NCBI GenBank assembly: GCA_963703905.1
Contig: CAVPFY010000007.1
Location: 334,374-398,373, forward strand
Reading direction: 5' to 3'
Origin: an uncultured Chloroflexia bacterium
GTDB lineage: Bacteria; Chloroflexota; Dehalococcoidia; DSTF01; WHTK01
Length of the DNA: 64,000 nt
This document shows, piece after piece, positions 48,019-57,190 of this stretch (its first letter is position 1; every line of letters begins with the position of its first letter). Under the pieces are notes generated by a model. It was not told the DNA's origin and searched no databases. It saw only the letters and a program-made list of their open reading frames with translations. Position numbers and translations under genes: made by a program.

Positions 48019-48388
48019 CGGGCTCCGGCTCGGCCTTCGCGGCCGGGGCCTCGGCCCGCCGGGATGGCCGCGTGACGATGGTCACGATGGCCATGATCCC
48101 CCAGAGGAAGGCGACCGGAGCAAGGCGAGGTTGGGACCGCAGCAGCCTGGCCCCGTCCCTGAAGTCGGACACGGCAATGCCGATCAGCGAAGGCACCGGA
48201 TTGGGCACCGTGAGCAGGGCGATGCCGGCGCCGATATCGCGCATGGCCATCTTTTGGACCTCATCCTCGGCCATGTTCGTCAGCTCCGCGAAGCGCTGAA
48301 AGCGCGCCAGTGAAAGGACGCCGTAGGCCAGCGTCCCGTAAGCCAACAGCAACCGCAGTGTTTTGTGGACGTTTTCCTTCACCCTCAA
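48005..48388 (-). CDS. hypothetical small membrane protein
   Basis: The 127-aa protein has three hydrophobic segments and no recognised motif. Confidence 0.4.
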   Translation of the reverse strand: MRVKENVHKTLRLLLAYGTLAYGVLSLARFQRFAELTNMAEDEVQKMAMRDIGAGIALLTVPNPVPSLIGIAVSDFRDGARLLRSQPRLAPVAFLWGIMAIVTIVTRPSRRAEAPAAKAEPEPATAR

Positions 48389-48422
48389 CCCTCCATCAAG
48401 CGCCTATCATCATAGCGTTGCC

Positions 48423-49181
48423 ATGGACCTCACCGAAGCCTTCGCCATCTCCAACCATGAAGTCGTCGCCCTCACCGGCGCCGGCGGCAAGACCACGACA
48501 ATGTACCGCCTCTGCGCCGAAGCGCTGGCCCGCGGCCGGCGGGCGGTCGCCTCCGGCACGGCGCGATTCAGCGCGCCCGCGCCGAACCTCCCCGTCCACA
48601 TGCTGGTCGACGAAGATGAGGAGCGCCTTTGCGCCGCCGTCCTGACCGGCCTTGACCCTGAAAGGGCCGTCGTCGCCACGACGGGACATACCGACAAGGA
48701 GCGCCTCACGCCGATATCGTACGAAGCCGCCGCCAGAATCGCCGCCTTCGATACCCTGGGCCTGCTCGCCCTCGAAGCGGATGGCTCGCGCATGCGGCCC
48801 TTCAAGGCCCCAGCCGGACACGAGCCCGCGGTCCCGCCCTGCGCCACCCTGGTCATCGCCATCGCGGGGGCGGACGTCTTCGGCCGGCCGCTCACCGATG
48901 AATTCGTGCACAGGCCGGAGCAGGTCGTCGCGCTTACCGGCGCGCGGTTAGGGCAGCCGATAACCCCCGATTTGGTGGCCGCCGTGCTGGCGCACCCGGC
49001 GGGCGGCCGCAAGAACGTGCCGGCCGGCGCCCGGTTCGCCGTCATGCTGAACAAGGTGTCGCTGGAGCGCATCGAGGCCGCGCGAGAGGCCGCGCGCCTG
49101 ATGGTCGCAGGCGGCGTCGGCACCGTCGTCCTGGCCTGCATGCTCGAGGACGCGCCGCTGGTAGAGGTGGTTCGGGCGTAA
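48423..49181 (+). CDS. YqeC-like putative selenium-dependent hydroxylase accessory protein
   Basis: It has an N-terminal P-loop-like VVALTGAGGKTTTMYRL and the size and pattern of TIGR03172. Confidence 0.55.
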   Translation: MDLTEAFAISNHEVVALTGAGGKTTTMYRLCAEALARGRRAVASGTARFSAPAPNLPVHMLVDEDEERLCAAVLTGLDPERAVVATTGHTDKERLTPISYEAAARIAAFDTLGLLALEADGSRMRPFKAPAGHEPAVPPCATLVIAIAGADVFGRPLTDEFVHRPEQVVALTGARLGQPITPDLVAAVLAHPAGGRKNVPAGARFAVMLNKVSLERIEAAREAARLMVAGGVGTVVLACMLEDAPLVEVVRA

Positions 49182-49257
49182 GGCGACCCCGGACAGCAAG
49201 TATGACAGCGCGTCCGGCTTGACGATACTCAATCATTGACTCATCATCACTTGGCCA

Positions 49258-49800
49258 ATGCCGCGCACCAAGGTGGGCCTCAACCTGTCCGAATACGCCG
49301 TCCTGGGCATGGTCCAGCAGCGGCCCGCGTACGGCTACAAGCTCCAGCGCCTGTTCACCGGTGATAGCGGGTTGGCCCGCGTCTGCCCCATCGAGCCGGC
49401 GATGGTCTACGCCATCCTCAAGTCCCTTTCGGGACTGGAGTTAATCGACGGCCGCTGGGACGCCAGCCAGTACCCGCCGAAAGCGGTATACACGGCCACG
49501 GGTGAGGGTGAGGCCGCGTTCGAGAGCTGGCTGCGGCACCCGGTCGGCCGCATGCGCGAGGTCCGGGCAGACTTCCTGGTCAAGCTCTACTTCATGCTCG
49601 ACCGCGACCCCGGCCTCGCGCGCGAGCTGGCCGAAGCCCAGGTTGGCGTGTGCGCCCGCTACATGGTCGCGATCGAGGACGACCTGGCGACGGCGCCGCC
49701 CGGTTCCTTCGACGCGCTGGTATTGGGTTCGAAACTCACGGCGGCTAAGGGCACAAAGGATTGGATACAGGAATGGTTAAGAGAATCGCCCTCAGCCTGA
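49258..49800 (+). CDS. PadR family transcriptional regulator
   Basis: EYAVLGMVQQRPAYGYKLQRLF ... VYAILKSLSGLELIDG is a winged-HTH PadR signature. Confidence 0.7.
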   Translation: MPRTKVGLNLSEYAVLGMVQQRPAYGYKLQRLFTGDSGLARVCPIEPAMVYAILKSLSGLELIDGRWDASQYPPKAVYTATGEGEAAFESWLRHPVGRMREVRADFLVKLYFMLDRDPGLARELAEAQVGVCARYMVAIEDDLATAPPGSFDALVLGSKLTAAKGTKDWIQEWLRESPSA

Positions 49801-50606
49801 TCGCCGTCCTCACCCTGGCCCTCCTGGCGGCGTGCGGCGATAGCTCGGGGCCTGACGCAACCGAGGTTCCAGGGACCACCCCGGTTGTGCGGGGCAAGCT
49901 CACCGTGTTCGCCGCCTCGTCATTGACGGACGCATTCAACGAGATCGCCACGGCCTTCACGCGGAAGTACCCGGGCACGGAGGTCGAATTCAACTTCCAG
50001 GGCAGCCCGACCCTGCGCACCCAGCTCGAGCAGGGCGCCCGCGCCGACATCTACGCCTCCGCCGACCAGGCGCAGATGGACCTCGCCCTGAAGTCCGGCG
50101 TGGTCGAGTCGGCCGGTGAGGTATTCGTCCGCAACTCCCTGGTCATCATCACGCCGAGCTCGAACCCGGCGAAGCTGGCGACGCCCGGCGATCTGGGCAA
50201 GGCCGGCCTCAAGCTGGTGCTCGCGGCGCCCGAGGTGCCGGTCGGTAGTTACTCGCGCCAGATGCTGGCGAGCATGGAAAAGGACGCGTCCTTTGGCGCC
50301 AGCTTCTCGGACAAGGTGCTGAAGAACGTCGTCTCGAACGAGAGCAACGTCAAGCAGGTCGTCGCGAAGGTACAGCTGGGCGAGGCCGACGCCGGCGTCG
50401 TCTACGGCTCGGACGTCACTCCGTCCGTCGCTTCGGCACTGAACGTGATCGCGGTGCCGACTCAGTTCAACGTCCTGGCCGAGTACCCGATCGCGATCGT
50501 AAGAGACGGCGGCAATCCCGCCGCCGCTCAGGCATTGATCGACTACGTGCTTTCGCATGCCGGCCAGCAGATCTTCAAAAAGTACGGCCTGACGCCGGTG
50601 AGTTGA
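49773..50606 (+). CDS. modA: molybdate ABC transporter substrate-binding lipoprotein
   Basis: It has a lipobox LLAAC, then LTVFAASSLTDAFNEI...GSPTLRTQLEQGARADIYASAD. The alternative start is 49761. Confidence 0.85.
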   Translation: MVKRIALSLIAVLTLALLAACGDSSGPDATEVPGTTPVVRGKLTVFAASSLTDAFNEIATAFTRKYPGTEVEFNFQGSPTLRTQLEQGARADIYASADQAQMDLALKSGVVESAGEVFVRNSLVIITPSSNPAKLATPGDLGKAGLKLVLAAPEVPVGSYSRQMLASMEKDASFGASFSDKVLKNVVSNESNVKQVVAKVQLGEADAGVVYGSDVTPSVASALNVIAVPTQFNVLAEYPIAIVRDGGNPAAAQALIDYVLSHAGQQIFKKYGLTPVS

Positions 50607-50640
50607 CCATGGCCTTTCACCCTTTCGGCCGGTTAAAACC

Positions 50641-51489
50641 TTGACCGCGGCCGCGGGCGGCATTCGAGCGGGCCCGCCGGCGCGCACGCGGACAATTGGG
50701 ATCGGGGCGGCGTTCGCGCCGCTGACCGTCGTCTTCGTGGCCTTCGTGGCGTTGCCGATCATGGCCCTGGGCTGGCGCGCTGTGGACAGCGGCGAGCTGG
50801 CCAACAACCTCACCTCGGACCTGGTGCTGGAGGCGATGCGCTTGAGCGCGATCACGAGCACGATCGCGCTAATACTGGCGATAACCTTCGGCACGCCGGT
50901 CGCGTATCTCCTGGCGCGCCGCACATTCCCCGGCAAGGCCATCGTCGACCTGCTGGTGGACCTGCCGATCGTCCTGCCGCCGACGGTGGCGGGCGTGGCG
51001 CTGCTGGTCGCATTCGGCCGCCGTGGCGTCCTGGGTCAGCACCTGGACGGCCTGGGCATCGAGCTGGCGTTCACGACGACGGCGGTCGTCCTGGCCCAGA
51101 TCTTCGTCTCCGCGCCCTTCTACATCCGCACCGTCAAGGCCGGCTTCGAGAGCGTCAGCCCGGAGTTCGAGGGCGTCGCGGCAACGCTGGGCGCCAGCCC
51201 GCTGCGCATCTTCTGGAACGTGACCTTGCCGCTGTCCTGGCCTTCGGTCGTCGCCGGCGCGATCCTGTGCTGGGCCCGCGCGCTCAGCGAGCTCGGCGCG
51301 ACGCTGGTGTTCGCCGGCAACTTCGCCGGGCGCACGCAGACGATGCCGCTGGCGATCATCGGCGTCTTCGACGCCGGCAAGTCGATCAACGTCGCGATCG
51401 CGCTCGGTGTGATCCTGGTGTTCGCCGCGGCCGCATTGCTGATCCTGCTGCGATTGGTGGCGCGAACGGCCGCCCGCGGCCCATTCTGA
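50641..51489 (+). CDS. modB: molybdate ABC transporter permease
   Basis: It has the EAA-loop region AATLGASPLRIFWNVTLPL and multiple TM segments. Confidence 0.8.
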   Translation: MTAAAGGIRAGPPARTRTIGIGAAFAPLTVVFVAFVALPIMALGWRAVDSGELANNLTSDLVLEAMRLSAITSTIALILAITFGTPVAYLLARRTFPGKAIVDLLVDLPIVLPPTVAGVALLVAFGRRGVLGQHLDGLGIELAFTTTAVVLAQIFVSAPFYIRTVKAGFESVSPEFEGVAATLGASPLRIFWNVTLPLSWPSVVAGAILCWARALSELGATLVFAGNFAGRTQTMPLAIIGVFDAGKSINVAIALGVILVFAAAALLILLRLVARTAARGPF

Positions 51490-51493
51490 ACCC

Positions 51494-52598
51494 GTGCTGT
51501 CGGTCGACTTCGAGAAGAGGCTCGGCGAATTCCATCTCCGGCCGCGCTTTTCGGCCGAAGACGAGATGGTCGTGCTCTTCGGTCCGTCCGGCTCCGGCAA
51601 GTCGCTGACCTTGCGCGCCATCGCCGGCCTGCTCAGGCCGGACCGCGGGCCGGATCGAGCTGTCGGCCGGCGTCGTCTTCGATTCGGACGGCGGCATCGA
51701 CGTCCCTCCTCAGGAACGAAGCGTCGGGCTCGTGGTGCAGGACCTGGCGCTGTTCCCGCACATGACTGTGCGCGAGAACATCGGCTTCGCGCTGGGCCGC
51801 TGGCCCCGGCATGCGCGCGCGGAGAGAGTGGAGGAGCTGGTACGGACGCTGGACCTGGCCGGGCTGGAGGAGCGCCTGCCCGGGGCGATATCCGGCGGCC
51901 AGCAGCAGCGGGTGGCGCTCGGCCGCGCCCTGGCGGCCCGGCCCGCGGTGCTGTTGCTGGACGAGCCTTTCAGCGCCCTGGACGCGCCGCTGCGGACATC
52001 GATGCGCCGCGAGGTTTCCTCGCTGCGGCGCCAGCTCGGGCTCTCGGCGGTGTTCGTGACGCATGACCTGCAGGAGGCGTTCGCCCTGGCCGACCGGATC
52101 GCGGTCTACGACAACGGCCGCGTGCTGCAGTTCGGCGGCCTGACGGAGGTGTTCGGGTCGCCGGCATCGATACGCGTCGCCGAGCTCCTGGACTGTCGCA
52201 ACATTATCCCCGGAGTCGTGGCCGAGACCACAGAGGCCTTCGTCAACGTCGATGCCGGCCTGTTCCGGGCGCGTGCCCGCCGGGACGCGGCCTTGAGGCC
52301 CGGCGATCGCGTAGCCCTTTGCGTCCGCCCGGAGCACGTCATAATCCTCCGCCGCGACCGGCCTCACGCCAACACCCTGGACACGACCCTCGACGTGGAA
52401 GTGGTCGACGAGGTCGCGGCCGGCAACAGCCACCGGCTGTACTTGAAGGTGAGCGGCAGCGATTGCGTGCTGGAAGCGGACATTTCCGCCCACCCCTACG
52501 AGGTCATGGGCGTCGCCGGCCAGCGCGAGTGGCGCGTGGCGTTGTCGCTGGAGCACTGCGTCGCGGTCCCTGAGGCGGCCGGCGTCGACGACGGATAG
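51494..52598 (+). pseudogene. modC: molybdate ABC transporter ATP-binding protein (frameshift near 51650)
   Basis: The Walker A motif GPSGSGKS lies in ORF 51494... The Q-loop, LSGGQQQRVALGRAL and LLLDEPFSALD lie in ORF 51732..52598. The join is LLRPDRG / RIELSAGVVF. Confidence 0.85.
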
Positions 52599-52801
52599 GC
52601 ACCCGGCAGGCGGATGATGGGCCACCGCGGCGTACTGGGGCGTTACTCTTACAAGCGGTGTGAAATCCAAGGCGCGCGCTGTCCGGACGGGCTGATCCGC
52701 CAGGCGACGTGTCGCGAATCACGTTCGTGACCGCACAAAATTGCTAGAATCGCTGGTGCCATCACCCGGCTCCTCCCGTGGGAGCGCTTCGGGGAGTGGC
52801 A

Positions 52802-53879
52802 ATGAGAGGCCAAGATTTCCTTCTTTCGTACGATAGCCCTGCTCCTCCCCGTTCTCGTCGCGACGCTCGTCGCCTGTCGAGCGCCTTCCGGCGCGATCGC
52901 CACGCCGACCCCCAGGACGCAGGCGCCCCAACCGACGGCGACCGCGCTCAGCCAAACCGCCTCCGGAAGCTTCGGCGATACGGCGCTGGCGCCGCTGGCT
53001 GCGGACCGCGTCAAGGTGGAGATTAACCGCAGCACCAGCTACTACCCGGTCTTCGGCAAGAGCGCCGAAGAGATATTCGCCTACATGGAGGCCTACGGCC
53101 CGGTCGATGACAAGGGCGCCCGGGCCAGCGGCGTCACCCACTACAAGTCGCGCCTGGACTGGCGCACCAGCGGCGACTCTTCAGCCTGCACCATCGGTTC
53201 GATGACGATCTACGTCGACCTTGAGATCGTGCTGCCGGTCCTCGACGGTCTGGCGCAGCTTCCGGCGGACCTTCAGGCCAACTGGAGGCGCTTCGCGGAC
53301 GGCGTCGCCGCGCACGAACAGCGCCATATTGACATTTACACGGCCGGCGCGAACGCCGTACGTTCGCGCATGCTCGCCCTGGAACCATCGGCCGGCTGTT
53401 CGGCGCTGGCGACGAACGTCAACAATGTCTGGACGCTGGAGCAGAAGAACACCGACGACGCTCAGGAGAAGTTCCACCGCGACGAACGCGCCCGCATCGA
53501 TGCGCTGCGGAACCCGATCAAGGTTCAGATCGATGCCAGCAACGGCCGCCTGGCGGCGCTGACCGCGCAGATCGCCAACCTAGACTCGAACCTGACGACG
53601 CTTTCGAGCCAGATGACCCCGCTCAAGGCCCTGCTTGATTCGCTTCAAGAGCAGATGAGGGCGATCGAGAGCCGCTACCCAGGACAGCCGGTGTCCGGCG
53701 AAATCTTTCAGCAGTACGAGAACATTCGCACCCAGTACAACAACCTCATCCCCAGCTATAACGCGCTCATCGACCTGTACAACAGCCAGGTCGCGCAACG
53801 CGGCCAGCTGGCGGCTCAGGCTGAGACGCTTCGCGGCCAGACCAACGCGTTGGTGGACCAGTACAACTGGTCGCGCTAA
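52802..53879 (+). pseudogene. lipoprotein with DUF922-like HExxH domain and Q/N-rich coiled-coil tail (frameshift near 52812)
   Basis: The ATG at 52802 has a GGGGAG RBS. After a 1-nt shift, the frame of ORF 53016..53879 reads ISFFRTIALLLPVLVATLVAC (lipobox) upstream. The HExxH motif is AHEQRHIDI. Confidence 0.55.
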
Positions 53880-54017
53880 GGCGCGCGCAGGCTGGGTTCG
53901 GTCAGGCAGGCTCAGGCCGTCGTCTTCATCTCGCTCACCTTCACCAGCGCTGCCGGCGATACAGAAGGGGACCATGCCGTATTCATCGATTCTGGGGCAC
54001 GAGCGGGTGCGGGTGCG

Positions 54018-54047
54018 TTGCCGCTGAAATCGGGCCGTGCCTATAAT
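54018..54047 (+). promoter_or_regulatory. candidate promoter TTGCCG-N18-TATAAT upstream of transketolase
   Basis: ttgccgctgaaatcgggccgtgcctataat was read directly. Confidence 0.45.
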
Positions 54048-54160
54048 CGCCTTACCGGCAGGATTGGGGACTAAGGTCGACCGTTCTGAGCCAGTTCAGA
54101 CCCTACGCCAACGAAGAACTCACTGCCGCGGCGAAGCGTGCCCGGCGAAACATCATCGAG

Positions 54161-54985
54161 ATGATTTACGCCGCCCAGAGCGGGCATCCGGGCGGGTCGC
54201 TTTCGGCGGTCGAGATTCTTGCCGCGCTATACCTGCGTGTCATGCGCCACGACCCCGCGGACGCCGGCTGGGTCGATCGCGACCGCTTCGTGCTGAGCAA
54301 GGCGCACACAGTCCCCGTCCTATACGCCTTCCTGGCCGAATGCGGCTACATACCATTCGAGGAGCTGATGACTTTCCGGCGGCTCAACAGCCGCCTCCAG
54401 GGCCACAGCAAGATGAACACCGTGCCCGGCGTCGAGATGTCGGGCGGCTCGCTGGGCCAGGGGCTTTCGTTCTCGATCGGCCAGTGTCTGGCGGGGCGGC
54501 TGGACGGGCGAGACTATCGGGTGTACTGCCTCCTGGGTGACGGAGAACTGGACGAGGGCCAGTGCTGGGAGGCGGCGATGGCGGCCCACCATCACAAGAT
54601 CGCCAACCTCACCGCCGTGGTCGACCGCAACCACATCCAGAACGACGGCTTCGGCGACTACGACCGCGTGACGGTGCACGATGGCCCGGTGGCCGGCGGC
54701 TGGGTGCGCCCTGATGGCCACACCGTCAACATCATGGACCTGGAGCCCCTGGCCGATAAGTGGCGCGCCTTCGGCTGGCAGGTGCAAGAGGTCAATGGCC
54801 ACGACGTCCTTGCCGTCGCCGATGCGCTGGAGCGCTCGAAGGGTTTCCTCGATGGCCCAAGCGTGATCATCGCTCACACAGTGAAAGGCAAAGGCGTCAG
54901 CTTCATGGAAAACAACCCAGCCTTCCACGGCAAGGCCCCGAACGCGGAAGAGCATGAGAAAGCCCTGGCGGAGATAGGCGCGTGA
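54161..54985 (+). CDS. transketolase, N-terminal (TPP-binding) subunit
   Basis: SGHPGGSLS, and GDGELDEGQCWEA. The coding frame is open from 54047 and encodes LSQFRPYANEELTAAAKRARRNIIE upstream of the ATG at 54161, so the true start is probably upstream. Confidence 0.85.
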   Translation: MIYAAQSGHPGGSLSAVEILAALYLRVMRHDPADAGWVDRDRFVLSKAHTVPVLYAFLAECGYIPFEELMTFRRLNSRLQGHSKMNTVPGVEMSGGSLGQGLSFSIGQCLAGRLDGRDYRVYCLLGDGELDEGQCWEAAMAAHHHKIANLTAVVDRNHIQNDGFGDYDRVTVHDGPVAGGWVRPDGHTVNIMDLEPLADKWRAFGWQVQEVNGHDVLAVADALERSKGFLDGPSVIIAHTVKGKGVSFMENNPAFHGKAPNAEEHEKALAEIGA

Positions 54986-55938
54986 CCACTACTCAGCAGC
55001 CGCCAGCCGCCACCCGCGAAGCATTTGGCCCCACCCTGGTGCGCATCCGGCAAGAGGGCGCCGACATCGTGGTGCTGGACGCCGACCTCGGCGTCTCGAC
55101 GACGGCCGCGACCTTCGGCAAGGCCTTTCCTGAGCGCTTCTTCACGCTGGGCCCGGCGGAAGCCAACATGATCAGCGCCGCTGCCGGACTCGCCGCCGCG
55201 GGGAAGGTGGCCTGGGCGAGCACGTTCGCGGTGTTCATGCCGGGCCGCTGCTTCGACCAGATCCGCGTCAGCGTTGCCCAGCCCAATCTCAACGTGAAGC
55301 TCTTCGCCAGCCACGGCGGCATCACTGTCGGCGAAGACGGCATCTCCGCCCAGGCTGTCGAAGACCTGGCCTTGATGTGCTCTCTGCTGAACTTTCGGGT
55401 CATCGTCCCGGCGGACGTGAACGAGACGGCCGCCGCCGTCGAGGTGGCGACGAGGACACCGGGGCCTTTCTATATCCGCGCCGGCCGCCCCAAGATACCG
55501 GTGATCTACGAGCCCGGCCACAAGTTCACAGTCGGCAAGTCCGACCAGCTGCGCGCCGGGAACGACGTCACGATCGCGGCCAGCGGAATCATGGTAAAGA
55601 TGGCGCTGGACGCCGCCGCCACCCTCGCGGAGCGCGGCATCGACGCCCGCGTCCTCAACATGTCAACCTGGCGCCCCCTGGACACCGAAGCGGTGGAGGC
55701 GGCGGCGCGGCAGACCGGCGCTATCGTCACGGCGGAAGAGCACCTGGTGCACTGCGGCCTGGGGGCGCTAGTGGCGCAGCACCTGGCCGGCGTGTACCCG
55801 GTGCCGATGGGTTACGTGGGCATGAAGGACCGCTACGCGGAGTCCGGCAAGTGGGACGAGCTGTTGCAGAAATACGAGCTCACGCCCGCCGCAATCGTCC
55901 GCGAAGCCGAGGCCGTGGTCGCGCGCAAAGGCCGATGA
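54982..55938 (+). CDS. transketolase, C-terminal (pyrimidine-binding) subunit
   Basis: FFTLGPAEANMISAAAGLA... and GGITVGEDG.SAQAVEDLALM. The GTG start overlaps the upstream stop (GTGA). Confidence 0.85.
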   Translation: MTTTQQPPAATREAFGPTLVRIRQEGADIVVLDADLGVSTTAATFGKAFPERFFTLGPAEANMISAAAGLAAAGKVAWASTFAVFMPGRCFDQIRVSVAQPNLNVKLFASHGGITVGEDGISAQAVEDLALMCSLLNFRVIVPADVNETAAAVEVATRTPGPFYIRAGRPKIPVIYEPGHKFTVGKSDQLRAGNDVTIAASGIMVKMALDAAATLAERGIDARVLNMSTWRPLDTEAVEAAARQTGAIVTAEEHLVHCGLGALVAQHLAGVYPVPMGYVGMKDRYAESGKWDELLQKYELTPAAIVREAEAVVARKGR

Positions 55939-55950
55939 TCGCATCTTCTT

Positions 55951-56358
55951 TCAGAGCTGCGGTTGGATCACTGTCAAGCCGGGGATGCGGTCGAAGTCTC
56001 TCACGTTGTGAGTCAGGACTTGATGCCCGTGACGGAGCGCTGTGGCCCCAATGAGGAGATCATTACGGCCAATTGTCGTGCCAGTACGCCGAAGCTCAGC
56101 CCAAAGACCGGCATGAAGACGGGCCACGGCCAGGTCGAACGCGTACACAGGAAGACGATCCAGGATGTCCTCCACAAAGGTGCGGCGGGCCTGCGCATAC
56201 TGTGCGGACCCATAGTGGACTCCTACTAGCAGCTCACTCGCCGTGAGGGCCGAGAGACCAATCGCACCCTGTCCCTGAATCGAAGGCCTTAGAGCGCTTA
56301 ACGTCAGCCTTTGCCGTTCGAGTTCGATAAAGACACTTGAATCGATTATCAGTCCCAC
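55951..56358 (-). CDS. vapC: PIN-domain toxin (VapC)
   Basis: The N-terminus is MGLIIDSSVFIELER, with a C-terminal LTHNVRDFDRIPG. The gene overlaps the upstream antitoxin gene. Confidence 0.8.
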   Translation of the reverse strand: MGLIIDSSVFIELERQRLTLSALRPSIQGQGAIGLSALTASELLVGVHYGSAQYAQARRTFVEDILDRLPVYAFDLAVARLHAGLWAELRRTGTTIGRNDLLIGATALRHGHQVLTHNVRDFDRIPGLTVIQPQL

Positions 56359-56621
56359 ATTGGAGGCTCGGGCATCTCCCGGAAGATGCGATAGACCTGA
56401 TCGAGTGCCTGGGCGAACCCTCGAGGGACCGTTCGCCCGCCGAAATCACGCAAAAAATCGTCAGCTGTATACGATCCTGCTTCGACAGGAGGAGGTTCGA
56501 TTGAAGCGACGGCTTCGTCGTTCCGGTTGACAATAAATGATTCATTCCGATAGCGAACGCGACTCAGCACGTCAGAGAGTCTCTTGGCGAGTTCGGTCGA
56601 AGTTATGACCTTTGCTTCCAT
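56349..56621 (-). CDS. type II antitoxin (Phd/YefM-like)
   Basis: VITSTELAKRLSDVLSRVRYRNESFIVNRNDEAVASIEP is a Phd/YefM-type N-terminal pattern. The gene overlaps vapC by 10 nt. Confidence 0.7.
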   Translation of the reverse strand: MEAKVITSTELAKRLSDVLSRVRYRNESFIVNRNDEAVASIEPPPVEAGSYTADDFLRDFGGRTVPRGFAQALDQVYRIFREMPEPPMWD

Positions 56622-56673
56622 GGTGATGAGACTATGATAATCAGAAAATCAGATTTTACAAGGAGCAGCCATC

Positions 56674-57129
56674 TTGCCCGAGATCCAGCGCTTCCATTTC
56701 CACACAATGCGCAATATCAAGGCCGCCCAGGGCAAGAACACGGAGGTCGCCTACCGTCTGGCCACCTTCCAACCAGAGCGCGAGGTCAAGATCGTCGGCG
56801 CGACGTTAGGACTGCTGACCTGCGGCATCGACGACCACCTCAAGGGCTGCGTCGAGCTCTACGTGGCGGTCACTTACAACCAGGCCAGGCCCTCGAAATA
56901 TCGAAACTGGGTGCAGTACAAGCGCGACTTCCTGTTCTATTCCCAACGCGACGTCTACATCGAGCCAACGAGCTCGAACGACCTCGTGGTCAACAACTGG
57001 CTGCCGGCTGGCCACTACTTCGCGGCCGGCCCGCGCCGCCCCGTTAACGTCTACGCAGGCGCGCTCAATTCCCTGCCCTGGGACACCCTCTACGACGTCT
57101 TTGGCTGCATTTACTACACGGAAGAGTGA
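56674..57129 (+). CDS. hypothetical protein (151 aa), no recognisable domain
   Basis: A TTG start has AAGGAG 8 nt upstream. The gene is AT-richer than its neighbours. The sequence looks beta-rich and has 3 Cys. Confidence 0.5.
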   Translation: MPEIQRFHFHTMRNIKAAQGKNTEVAYRLATFQPEREVKIVGATLGLLTCGIDDHLKGCVELYVAVTYNQARPSKYRNWVQYKRDFLFYSQRDVYIEPTSSNDLVVNNWLPAGHYFAAGPRRPVNVYAGALNSLPWDTLYDVFGCIYYTEE

Positions 57130-57190
57130 GGCAAACTCGGGGATCGCGGGAAGCCCGAGCGTCCAACAGATGCCCCGCTACAATTGACGC

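Noticed and set aside
52649-53141. Minus-strand ORFs 52649..53035 and 52719..53141 in the modC/lipoprotein gap.
   Set aside because: They overlap the plus-strand lipoprotein signal peptide, which has an RBS, a lipobox and a downstream domain. They have no RBS or motif support.
54037-54540. ORF 54037..54540 (167 aa) as an alternative reading of the transketolase 5' region.
   Set aside because: It is out of frame with the clear TPP-binding motifs (SGHPGGSLS, GDGELDEG) and translates to an Arg/Pro-rich sequence.
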